NCBI GenBank assembly: GCA_035221665.1
Contig: CM069158.1
Location: 27,094,001 to 27,158,000, forward strand
DNA: 64,000 nt
Direction: 5' to 3'
From: Okamejei kenojei
Lineage: Eukaryota
The translations under genes were made by a program, and so were the position numbers. Shown piece by piece: positions 25,881-36,705 of this stretch; the stretch's first letter is position 1; every line of letters begins with the position of its first letter. The notes below the pieces were generated by a model. The model saw nothing but the letters and a program-made list of their open reading frames with translations, searched no databases and was not told the DNA's origin.

Positions 25881-26996
25881 GATAAATTGACTAATTTGCT
25901 AATTTACCGATTTGCTATTTAAATTCCTCAGCCAATCCCCGCACTCACTGCTTCACCTGCCGCTCCTCTGCCGATCTTGAAGGTATTCTGAGTGTGCCCT
26001 CTGGTCCTAGCCTTGTAAAGTCCAGCGACTACAGACCCAGAGGTCCAATGCTCCTCATATGTCAACCCAATTGCCTCCAGGATCATTCTTGTAAATCCCC
26101 TCTGGATCCTCACCAATGCAGCACATCCTTCCTCAGATATGGCGCTCAAACCACTCATAATATTCCAAATGTGACCAGCGCCTTATAGATCCTCAGCTTT
26201 ACAATCTTGCTTTTATTTCCTAGTCCTCTCGAAATAGAGGTGTATAAAAAAAATTGGGGAACGCACAGAGTCTGTAACCCAGGGTAGGGGAATCAAGAAC
26301 CAGGAATGCTAGTTTAAGGTGAGAGAGGAAAGATTTCATAGAAGGTAGGCACAAAATGCTGGAGTAATGCAGCGGGACAGGCAGCATCTGTGGAGAGAAG
26401 GAATGGGTGACGTTTTGGGTCGAGACCCTTCTTCAGTCTGTTAATAAGACATTTGCAATATTGCATCCAAAGTTATTGGACCATTTTCTGCAGAAACTAC
26501 AGAAGAGAAAATAACAGTAAGATTCAATGAGAACTTACCAGTTTTAAGTTTGATCTTGATTTTATGAGGATTGGTGATTACATGAAAATCCGTCAGGCCG
26601 CACACACACCAATCTTCAAAGCAGCGGAATGAAATCACAAATAACTACACCAAAGTGACATAGTAAGGCGTGACTCAAGAACTACCAGATGATCTTTTAT
26701 GGGAGAGGGTTGGGCGTGGCGGGCACGTAATCACCAACGTAACTCCTCATAAAATCAAGATCAAACTAATAAGTTCTCGTTTAATCTTACTATTTTACTT
26801 CGGAGTCACGTGAGTGATTCCGTGAAGAGTTCAAAGCTTAGTGATTTCATGCCGCAGATTACAAATCCTGGCATCCCACTGCATTGATTGACTCGAATGA
26901 GAAAATAATGCATTAGTAGCAACATTGCATTTAATGCAGTAAAAAGGTTTATTTGAAATTAAAACAAACAACAGTACCCCTCTATCCCAGGGCACT

Positions 26997-27965
26997 TTAA
27001 ACAGAACTTAAAATAGCATTGGCAAACAGCCCTGGATCGGCAATCGGCCGATGATAGAAATTCTGAAACATCAGCTCATTGGCCCATCCGGCGGCCGCCA
27101 AAATGTGGTCGACGGGCACGTCCCTCGCCTTGGCCGCCGATGTAGCAGCTGCCCTAGTGGAATGAGATGTGAACACATCAGTGTTAATGCCTGCATCAAT
27201 CAAGACTTGTTCCAGCCATCTCAAAATAGTATTAACTGACACTCTCTTATGTGTTTTTTTATAACTGATAAACAATCCTAGTCTCCATGTTACGCAAAGC
27301 CTCTGTAGCTGCAATGTATTGCATCAAATGTGTTTTTACGCATAAGGATGGATCCGTGGGATATGCTGAAAACACTATTTTAAACCCTGTGACACCTGGC
27401 CTGCATTGTTTGAGGTCATAAATGTAAAACGTAACATTGTCTGCAGCAGTTTCCATTCTATCTAGCTGTAGTTTTTGTAACGTCTATACTCTTTGTGCTG
27501 AAACCAATGCTATGAGCATGGCCACCTTCATGATGATTTTGGTCAAAGACGAGACAGGAACCCACTCACGCAGTAGTCTAAGGACCATACTCACATCCCA
27601 AATTGCCATACATCTAAGTTTGGGAGGTCTGGAATTAAAAATCCCTTTCATTAACCGAACAACGAGAGGGTGAGATCCAATAGAATGTCTGACTTCATCA
27701 CTAAATATGATGATAAAGCACTTCTCGCTGTATTGATTGCACTATAACTCAGTCCTTCATCATAGTAGAGGGTTGACAGAAACTGTAGAACATGCGAAAT
27801 ACGTGCTGTACAATAGTCAATATTATTTTGTACACAGTACACTTCCCATTTTTTTACATAACAAATATACTGCTTTTCAGTACTCGATCTCCAAGATGCA
27901 GTAAGCATGTCCATAGGTCGACCCGACAAACCACGCCCCAGATATGGCCTTCTTAAAATCTGCAA
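26997..27965 (-). pseudogene. DIRS tyrosine recombinase (disrupted)
   Basis: N-terminal GLSYSAINTARSALS; LVSAQRV followed by an in-frame stop; FTSHSTRAAATS; AAGW; FQNFY. Confidence 0.92.
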
Positions 27966-27974
27966 ATTAACAAA

Positions 27975-29780
27975 TCAATACAACGGATGGCATTCGCCAG
28001 TTACCGGATGCACCAATAAATCCCTTCGTTTGGGAACAGCCATCATGGGTTGTGTCATCAGCTGTAAGATCAAAGGGTACCATGGCTGGGTAGGCCAGTC
28101 GGGTATCACCAGTACCCTTGAAGCATCATCCTGCTTGATTTTAAGCGGACAACGATTTATGAGACAAAACGGTGGAAATGCATATATTATACATACCACC
28201 CCAAAGCAGCGAGAACACGTCAATCGCTACTGCCCCAGGAGCCGGTTCCCATGACATGACAAGTCGACATCTGGCCTTCTATATTTGACAATTATCTCAT
28301 TGAATACGCCCCGATTCAACATCCACTCTATGTTGTCATGGAACTTTCGTGACCTGGTGTCTGCCACAGTATTGAATCTCCCTGGTAGATATATAGCTGA
28401 GACCCAAATGTGTTTGTCAATACACCAGATCCAGATTTGGTTTGCCAGCCTGTCACAAGATACCGACTTGATACCACCCATGTGATTAACATATGCTACT
28501 GCCGTAGTGTTATCAATTTGGAGTTGAACATGCAGACTGCTTTTGTTAGAACAATAAGCCTTGAGCCCATAAAATGCTCCTAAAAGCTCTAAATGGTTTA
28601 TTCCCCATGTCTGCAGAAGCAAAGCTTCTTCCATACTCCATCTACCTCCACAACTTGAACTTGTATCCGTGACACCCCACCCAAGTGCACTGACATCAGT
28701 CTGTAGGGCCATGGAAGGTTGTTCTAGCACCACTGTGCAGAAACTACTGGAGACATGTTGGATCCACCATTGAAGTTCAGTAACTGCATCTGCTGATAAT
28801 TGCATGGGCCTATCATAATGGCCCAATTGTACCCTGAGTGCCTGTTCCTTTGCTCTTTATAATTGTTGATAATGCAAAGGCCCAAATTGGACTGCTGGAA
28901 ATGCTGCTACCAATTTCCCGAGCATCCTGGTCACTTGTCTAATTGAAGGTTGTTGTTTGTTTAAAAGTTTTATACAATCATCAATTAGCTCTACACTTTT
29001 CTCCCTGGACAAGGTAATTACCATTTTAAGTGAGTCAATTGTGAAACCCAAATAATCAATTGCTGGTAATTGGTGTCAATTTAGATTTTCCCAAATGAAT
29101 GACAAACCCCAGTTTTTCAAGTGTGAATTTGACAACTGCCACTGATGTTTCAGCTAATTCTCTTGTTTGTCCGATAAGTAAAATATCATCCAAATAGGCC
29201 ATAATTGCATGGCCCTGACCTCTAAGTAGCCCCAAAATTGGTTTCAACAATTTAGTGAATACTCTAGGGGCTGAGGTTAAACTATTCGGCAGTGCCTTAA
29301 ACTGCCATGATTGATTCATCCAAATTAATTTAAAATACTTTCTATGCTCGCAATGAACAAACACTGAGTAGTAAGCGTCTTTCAGATCTATGGTTGCCAT
29401 ATAACAACCTCTGGAAATCAGTTGCTTGGTGGTAACCAACGTTTCCATTTTGAAGTTTCTATAGAGTACAAATGGAATTAACTTTGTAAGGTCCAAAATG
29501 ATTCTGCATCCTCCGTCCTTTTTGGGATGGGAAAATATTTGACACAAGTTGACGGACTTGATGAACCGTCTTCTCAATTACTCCTTTGTTACACAATTTT
29601 TCAAGTACAGCTTGATCCTCTATTACCTCTGTTTGTGAAAAATAAATGTTCTGCTAGGAACATGTTGGAGATGTAAATCACCATTTGGATTAAATTCAAT
29701 CCGAAACCCTTGAATCACACTCCTGATAAACAGATCTGAAGTAAGCTGCTTGCATTCTTCATAAAAAAAAACGTAACCTA
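27975..29780 (-). pseudogene. DIRS reverse transcriptase, RNase H and methyltransferase-like ORF (disrupted)
   Basis: RT: KKDGGCRIILDL, FKMETL, IDLKDAYYSV, APRVFTKLLKP, AYLDD. RNase H: TDVSALGWG, INHLEL, DNTTAVAYVNHMGG, NTVADTRSR. MT-like: YAFPPF...PDWPTQPWYP. Confidence 0.93.
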
Positions 29781-29899
29781 CCACCAGTTTTTTCCTGTGT
29801 TACACTTAATATGATTTTATGAGATCCAGGCCCACCTACCTCTCTGGTAACTGGTGCACCCTGCTGACCCCAGCCTCTGGCAGTGGCCCCCATGGTTGC

Positions 29900-30923
29900 T
29901 CGTGCTCCAGTCGAAGGGTACCATCCGCGCCCCAGCGCTGAGGACCGGCTTGTCCCTGGTGTAGCCCCGGAAGCTGAGGTGGTTCTGTAAGGATACTTCC
30001 TCTTCAGCGGTCTGCCGGTCAACATTGGTCTCATCAGGCTCTTTGTTTTTGCTTGTTCATTTATCTCTTTGACTTAAAGTCTGCGCCAAACAGTTGATTA
30101 GGTGGCTGGATATTTGTTGGCTTGCAAAGCGCAGCAAATCTCGGATTAATGGTTGGTCTAATAGCCCTTTTTCTGATACAATTGATCTCAAAGTGGGTGC
30201 TACATAGCAACCCCAGAGCCTCTTGATGTGTTCTGGTCACATAACCACCATCCATTGTCCTTGTGAACGCCGTACTGCCAGAGGCCAATAATTTTAGGAC
30301 CCTCTGCATCTTAATTTCCTGACTTCGCATGTAGGGTCCCATCTGACCCCATATGACCTGATTCAGTTGGTACTTTTAATTTTTTGGCGCTCCTGGCGCT
30401 GGTGAGAAGCCATATAATTTATTGTGGCGGCCAGCCCTTCACCTAGCGGCTCTCCTGCTCCTGATGGGACAGCAAATGGTACTGCCAGTGGTGGAACATC
30501 TGGTAACTCCACTGTTTCTTCTGGCTGGACCTCCCCATCAGATTCCGGGTCAGGACTGATTTGACCCATTGCACTCCCCTCAAAAGTGAAGGGGTTATCT
30601 GGCAGCACTGTTGCTGCTGGCGCCTCTGGCTCTGAGTGGCGCTGACACTCCTTCTCCTGGAGTGAAGTTCTCTGGAGGACTGTGTACAACAGCTCCTCCA
30701 CGGGATAGGCGTGAACACACTCTATCCAGCCCCGGTGAGGAATCATCCCCCGACTCCGTGGGCCTAGCAGACTTTTCAGGTGCCTTGCGCCCTAATGGCA
30801 CTGCAGTCTTGCAGTTGCTAACTCTGTAGCTAGCGACTGTACAGGGGTATGCGGCAGCGTTTCCAAACCTGAACTGCCGCGGCTGGCTGCGACTCGCCGC
30901 TTTCCCTTCCCTGTTTTGTCCAT
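29900..30923 (-). pseudogene. DIRS gag-like ORF1 (frameshifted)
   Basis: Broken ORFs upstream of RT, e.g. ...INCIRKRAIRPTINPRFAALCK...LFGAD. The position is as expected for DIRS ORF1. Confidence 0.6.
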
Positions 30924-32324
30924 GCTAGCGATCGGCAGATAAGCGTACCGGCAAGCACGGACTTGAACTCCAGTGAAAGTTTTATCACTTACCTGGAGTC
31001 TGAATACTTACCGCTGGAGGAGCTCTGTTCCTCACAGCCTCCATTCGTCAATGCGGCTGACGTACTGATGCGCATGCGGCCTGACGGGTCTTCTTCACGG
31101 AATCACTCACGTGACTCCGAAGTAAAATCAAATGAGTAGCTAGACTGGGTATCTCACAGTGCCATTACTGCGATCCAATTGTTAACCATCTCAAAGCTAA
31201 GCCTTTTCTGACTTCTGACATTACGTTACAAGCACCACAGGTTGTTGTTGGAGATTGTTTGAAGCAGCCATTGCTTTTTCAAATTCCCCGAGCTTAATGG
31301 AAAAGTTCCGAACACAATGCTGATGAGAGATTACATTCTCATCGTAGTTTAGTTTAGTTTAGAGATACAGTGCGGAAACAGGCCCTTCGGCCCACCTGGA
31401 ACCCGCCGGCCAGCGATCCCTGCATATTAACACTATCCTACACACAGGACAATTTTTACATTTACCAACCTAATTAACCTACAAACCTGTACGTCTTTGG
31501 AGTACATGCTTCGACAATTGTTTCTACAAACAATTGTTAAAAATTTTAATTAAATTCAAACTTGCAGCTTAAATTCTGGCAATATGCAATTGAAGTTGCA
31601 AACCAGTATTTATTAAATGTTTGAATTTTAAATAGGTTTAAAACACACCCGTCAACATTCCTACTAAAATACGCTGTTATGTTGTTTGTTCCTGTACTCC
31701 TGTCAATAATTAATAAATACTCAAGAAAACATCTGCAATGGTGTTTCCTAAACTATGTTTCCCAGTTCAGCTATAAATGAAAAGTGAAATATTGAACTAT
31801 TAACTGTACATAAAAGTTATATAAGTAAGTTTATTGGCCAAGTATTCACATACAAGGAATTTGCGTTGGTGCTCCGCCCACAAGTAACAACATGACATAC
31901 AGTGACAGTTACGAATGACCCAGAAAACACTAAATATTAATAATAATAAGACATTAATCTAATTCAACCATACCTACTTAGATTTATCAGGCTTAAGAGC
32001 TTCAACAAAAGTACCCCGTATAAATCTTACGATGTTTGGCACGGATATTGTGGGCTGAAGGACCTGTTCCTGTGCAGCATATCATGAATTACTTTTAAAA
32101 CCTACTGAGCCATAAAGATCTGAAATAGTGAATACTTACTAATTGGAATAATTACATTATTAAAAAGGTTTGTAAATGAAAAATAAGGCAGGCTCTAAAA
32201 ATTGCTGTAAAATTGATTTAATGGTCGGTGAAGTATCGCAAAGTATCGTACATTTGCAAGACACATAGAGACTACCAAAATAACAATTAAAGGCCAATCT
32301 ACAAAAGTTATATTGATGTAAAGT

Positions 32325-33185
32325 TCAGTTAGGAGGAGGGGGCATACCAGGGGGTGGGAGAGGTATAGGAGGTGCCACAATTGCTACAGACTCATTGGGG
32401 AGCGGAGGCCTTAACATTGGCGGTAGAGCTGGAACAGGGGCCGGACCCGGAGCGTGGATCATAGTGGGCAGTTGAGCAGAGGCCGGAGTGGGCATCGGAG
32501 CAGGAATTGGAACTGGAGGCATGCCTTGTGGAGCCGGGGGCGGGCCTTGCGGAGCTGGTGGCAGCATCTGAACAGGGGCGGGCCTTGTGGGGGCGGTCCC
32601 TTGTGGGAGGTGGCCTGTGGGGGAGGGCCTTGTGGGGGAGGGCCTTGTGGGGGGGGCCTTGTGGGGGAGGGCCTTGTGGGGGTGGGCCTTGTGGGGGAGG
32701 GCCTTGTGGGGAGGGCCTTGTGGGGGTGGGCCTTGTGGGGGTGGGCCTTGTGGGGGAGGGCCTTGTGGGGGAGGGCCTTGTGGGGGAGGGCCTTGTGGGG
32801 GCAGTCCTTGTGGGGTCGGGGGCATTCCGTGTGGGGTCGGGGGCGGTCCCTGCGGGGTTGGAGGCGGTCCCTGTGGGGTTGGGGGCGGTCCCTGTGGGGT
32901 TGGGGGTGGTCCCTGCGGGGTCGGGGGCGGTCCCTGGGGAGTGGGTGGTGGTCCCTGCGGAGCTGGTGGCATTTGTGGTGGCACCGGGCCACCAGGTGGC
33001 ATTGGCGGCATGGGCATGCCTGCCGGTCGCGGAGTTGGCATTGCGCCTGGTGGCATGGGGCCCCTTGGAGGCATGCCATTGATGATCGGTGGGGGAGGTG
33101 GTCTGGTCTTCAGTCCAGGGGGTCCAATCGGCAAGGATTGCGGCTGTAAAGGCTTTTCCATCTTGAAGTGGAACTGAAGGAAAAA
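32325..33185 (-). CDS. SF3A2: SF3A2 last coding exon (proline-rich repeat C-terminus)
   Basis: Acceptor ctctccccAG, then FFLQFHFKMEKP and a Pro-rich tail to TGA at 32325-32327. Summed CDS is 1476 nt, or 491 aa. Confidence 0.93.
   Translation of the reverse strand, partial: FFLQFHFKMEKPLQPQSLPIGPPGLKTRPPPPPIINGMPPRGPMPPGAMPTPRPAGMPMPPMPPGGPVPPQMPPAPQGPPPTPQGPPPTPQGPPPTPQGPPPTPQGPPPTPQGPPPTPHGMPPTPQGLPPQGPPPQGPPPQGPPPQGPPPQGPPPQGPPHKALPHKAHPHKALPHKAPPTRPSPTRPSPTGHLPQGTAPTRPAPVQMLPPAPQGPPPAPQGMPPVPIPAPMPTPASAQLPTMIHAPGPAPVPALPPMLRPPLPNESVAIVAPPIPLPPPGMPPPPN
32575..32975 (-). repeat. Coding tandem repeats in SF3A2: 21-bp (GPPPTPQ) and 15-bp (GPPPQ) units
   Basis: About 7 heptad units followed by about 15 units of plus-strand ccttgtgggggaggg. 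Confidence 0.95.
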
Positions 33186-33409
33186 CTGGGGAGAGAAAAC
33201 AAAGCAGGAGGTCAGACTGATCCCAGCACAACATTAAATGAATAGAAAAATACTGAGAGTTAGAATGGGAGCAAGGTATTGGTCACATTATCATCAGCAT
33301 GGCCATGCAACATCTCTATCTTTCTGTAGTGTATTGATAACGACGCAATGATATAAACTAAACCAGCTTTGTGGGGTGAGGTTAGAGAATGGCAAGATAT
33401 CACATAAAC

Positions 33410-33685
33410 AGTGCAGCTACTGCTTCACAGCGCCAGAGACCTGGGTTCGAGCCTGACCTCGGTTGCTGTCTGCGTAGAGTTTGCACATTCTCCCTATGAC
33501 CACGTAGATTTCTTCTGGGTGCTCCGTTTTCCTCCCATATCCCAGACGCGAGGGTGTGTTGGCCCTCGTGTTTAGGAAGTGGATCAGAAAGTGGAATAAC
33601 ATGGAACTAATGTGAATGGGTGATCGATGATCAGCATGGTCCTGGTGAGCTGAAGGGCCTGTTTCCATGCCGTATCTTTCGATCA
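33410..33685 (+). mobile_element. tRNA-derived SINE (HE1-like)
   Basis: CAGCGCCAGAGACCTGGGTTCGAG...TTTGCACATTCTCCC...GAAGGGCCTGTTTCC. Further copies near 10186, 38865, 40000 and 41885. Confidence 0.78.
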
Positions 33686-34379
33686 AGCAGTAAACAACAC
33701 AACTGAGCATATAAAAGAGATAAAGAGGATTCTAAAAAAATGTAAATCTGCAAAGAACTATTCTGAAAAGGGCAGCCAAACGATGAAACATACTCTCCCA
33801 TTAAACATATTAATTTCATATTCAGGCCTGTTATGCTGCAGCAAGTAATGATTTCATTATTCCGTGTCTATACATATAATAATTACTCACTCTTGACTCT
33901 TATCCAGATTCTCAACTTTAATCCTGAACCTAATTGTATTTAATTTTGTAAACTCTCATGGTGAATTAAAAATAGATGACGTAGATGGGAAGCTGTAATC
34001 TTTAAAAATATATATTTAATACACAAACAATATCTGACAAAGTACATACATGATCAACATGATGGCAAATTTGAAACCCATTAAATAGGTACTGGCAGTG
34101 TGGATTAGCTAAAAGACAAAACGTGAAGGCACTCATAATTAATGTTTGCTTTTCCAATTTATAGAAGAGGCCTCTGAAGGTTTGGAACCGGTATTAAGAG
34201 CTGTACCTTTGTACACGTGACAATAAAATACCTTTGAACCTTTTGAATAGCACTGCTGTTATTTTTGATGTATATTAATGATTGTGTCCATGGAATTATT
34301 AATGGCAGAAGATTATTTCAAAATGTTTAGAAAACACAGAAACAGAATAGCAATTAGTTTTTGAATGAACAAAGACAAG

Positions 34380-35490
34380 CTGATCGTATGAGCAGGCACA
34401 TGGTGAATGAAGTTTAATATAGAAGTAAAAAATGATGTATTTCAGTGGAAGAATGAGTAGAGACAACTTAACTAAAGGAGCCTAATTTTAAAGGCAGTTC
34501 AGTTACTGAAAGACCGGGATACTAAATTACATATTTTTGAAGATGATTGGGAAATTCAGCTAAGCAATTAAAAGGCATACAAGCCAAAAGCATGAAATTA
34601 AACCAAACCTTTAAACAAAAGCAATGGTTCAATTTCAGTTGAAATATTGTTCCTTATTCAGGGCACTACTTTTTTCCAAGAAGACTACAGCAGAAGTTAA
34701 CCAAAATTACAGTTAGATCAGTGCTGCAGTGTCAACTATTTACATCAATGATTATGATGAACAAATTGAATGTTTTGCAGCCAAATTTGTTGATGGCACA
34801 AACAAAGATAGGAAAGCAATTGAGATGAGAGAGAGTATGCCAGGAGACATAAGAAAAAGTAAGTGAATTGTGAGTAAATGCGAAAACTCTGCCGCTGATG
34901 TTTAATTTGTGGAAGACAGAAGAAACATTTTCCTCTGCATTAAGTTTCAAGCATGCCAGCTTATGGAGGTAATGGAGTAGGAATTAAACAACGTTAATTC
35001 TACCAGATGTTTGCAAGCTAATTTGCAAGTTAATTCTGCCAGATGCTAAACACACAGTCTTTTGCCCAGAGTGGAGCATATTAAGAACAAAGGTTGGATA
35101 GTCTGGCTTAGTATCAATTGGACTTCAGAAAAGTGAAACACATAATACACTGAGGAATTTGGACAAGTTAGATGTGCAAAGGATCTTTCCTCCAGTGGAA
35201 GGATTTATAACAAAGAATCGTTATTCAAAAATAAGGAGTCAGTTTAAGACAGACAATGTGAAATTCTCAATTCAGGAGATTGTGATTCATTGGAACTTTC
35301 TTTCTCAAAGGGTCTTGGAGCAAGTGTTTAAATATTTTTAAGGCGGGGGTCGACAGATTCTTGATAAGCAACGGGATAGACAGAGATGTAGAGCTGAGGT
35401 TTCGCTCAGATCAGCCTTGAACGTGTTGGACGTCAGAGCAAGCTCAAGGGGATGTGTGGCCTATTCTTGCTCCTAATTCGTTTGTTTGTT
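34380..35490 (+). mobile_element. Old, decayed CR1-like LINE fragments in the last SF3A2 intron
   Basis: MDKLDVQRIFP-type peptide and a CR1-like 3' UTR ending near 35490. Confidence 0.55.
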
Positions 35491-35722
35491 CCTATTTACA
35501 ACAAATGAACATTCTGCGAGCAAAAGGCTTCCCGATCTTAGCTTTTTTCTAGTGCTGTTTAAAAGGTATTCTGTTGTGTGACCTTTCGCAGAAATGCTAG
35601 TATCTAGAGATCTTAACAAAGCTGTGCTGCCTGGCTGAAAAGAAGCTAGTCATAATCAAAGAATACAGACAACTTAGTTTATGCAGAAATGATCTGGAAT
35701 GATAATGTAAACACAAAGATAC

Positions 35723-35791
35723 CTGTTTTGTTTCTCTGTTCCAGTGTGTCCAAAACTTCCCCTCAACTTTATCAATTTCTCTACTCGGTAC
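35723..35791 (-). CDS. SF3A2: SF3A2 coding exon 7
   Basis: VPSREIDKVEGKFWTHWNRETKQ; 69 nt; AG and GT boundaries. Confidence 0.97.
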
Positions 35792-36564
35792 CTGAGGACA
35801 TTAAAAGATGTGTGGAGAAGATTGGTTTGTTAAGTATCATTATCAATGATAGACATTTCAGTGCTATATCTAGTTCTTTCTATAGTCTAAACAAAATGTC
35901 TGCGGTAGGAAAGATAGAATTCAAGCTTTACTCTGAAATAAAAAGGTGATGAAAAAAGGCAGACCTGTTAATGTAACATTCACCTAAAGCAATTTATTAT
36001 TTGAGCGCAAACTAAAATGGAAATATATTGTCCAAGTACTTTTCCAAAATCAGCTCCATTTGTTCAGACTTGTTTATTTGCTGGTTTCACAGTTTCATCT
36101 GTGTTCCATTTTGCAAAATGATCCACATTTAACAAATCTCCTCCCATCCCCATTTAACAAGTGTAATTTCTAGCCAGGGGATTTTCGCAAATGTTGCCAC
36201 AATCAATGACTCCCATTACACAAGTAGTACCTCGGTACTTAAACGTTATAGAAAATGAATAAGATCTAAAAACCGGTTTCAGAACTTTGTTTCACATGAC
36301 AAATAGGTTCATAAGACTATAACCTATTCCTCTTAATTTCACCCACAATTTAAATTATTTAAATTCCTTGCTCTAAATTTCCACTGATTTCCACTGATTT
36401 TTTAAAAATAGATAAATAAATTATTGGCCAATTCATTTTTCAGAGCTTGGAAAACAATTTAAATATCGGGAATAATGTATAACTCTTGTGCGTGGGAAAA
36501 CAATATTTATTTTGCCTCTCGTGGCATTCCCGAGATCACTCATCAATTTCCCAAAGTAAAATAC

Positions 36565-36705
36565 CTTAAAGGAAATGGTCTCGTATGGCTCAGCTGCAAA
36601 CAACAAGTATTGCCAGCGTCTGTCAGGTGGTTCAATTCGTTGTTCGTACGCAGACATAAACCGATGCCGTGGTATTACAATTTCTGCGATTTCTGGATAA
36701 TCAAT
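36565..36705 (-). CDS. SF3A2: SF3A2 coding exon 6
   Basis: IDYPEIAEIVIPRHRFMSAYEQRIEPPDRRWQYLLFAAEPYETISFK; 141 nt. Confidence 0.97.

Larger units (their letters stand above)
26508..31128 (-). mobile_element. DIRS1-like tyrosine-recombinase retrotransposon, full-length and decayed
   Basis: Domain order gag-like, RT, RNase H, MT-like, YR. Inverted terminal similarity (CCGTCAGGCCGCA near 26590 plus and near 31076-31088 minus). The ICR at 26744-26828 is complementary to both termini. Confidence 0.92.

Noticed and set aside
26997-27965. Prophage or bacterial integrase contamination
   Set aside because: The tyrosine recombinase is embedded in a DIRS retrotransposon with RT, RNase H and an ICR.
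32392-33234. Long overlapping ORFs in all frames (e.g. the GGGPC-repeat, keratin-associated-like ORF 32587-33177 plus)
   Set aside because: Stop-free by-products of the GC-rich SF3A2 coding repeat; no independent gene evidence.
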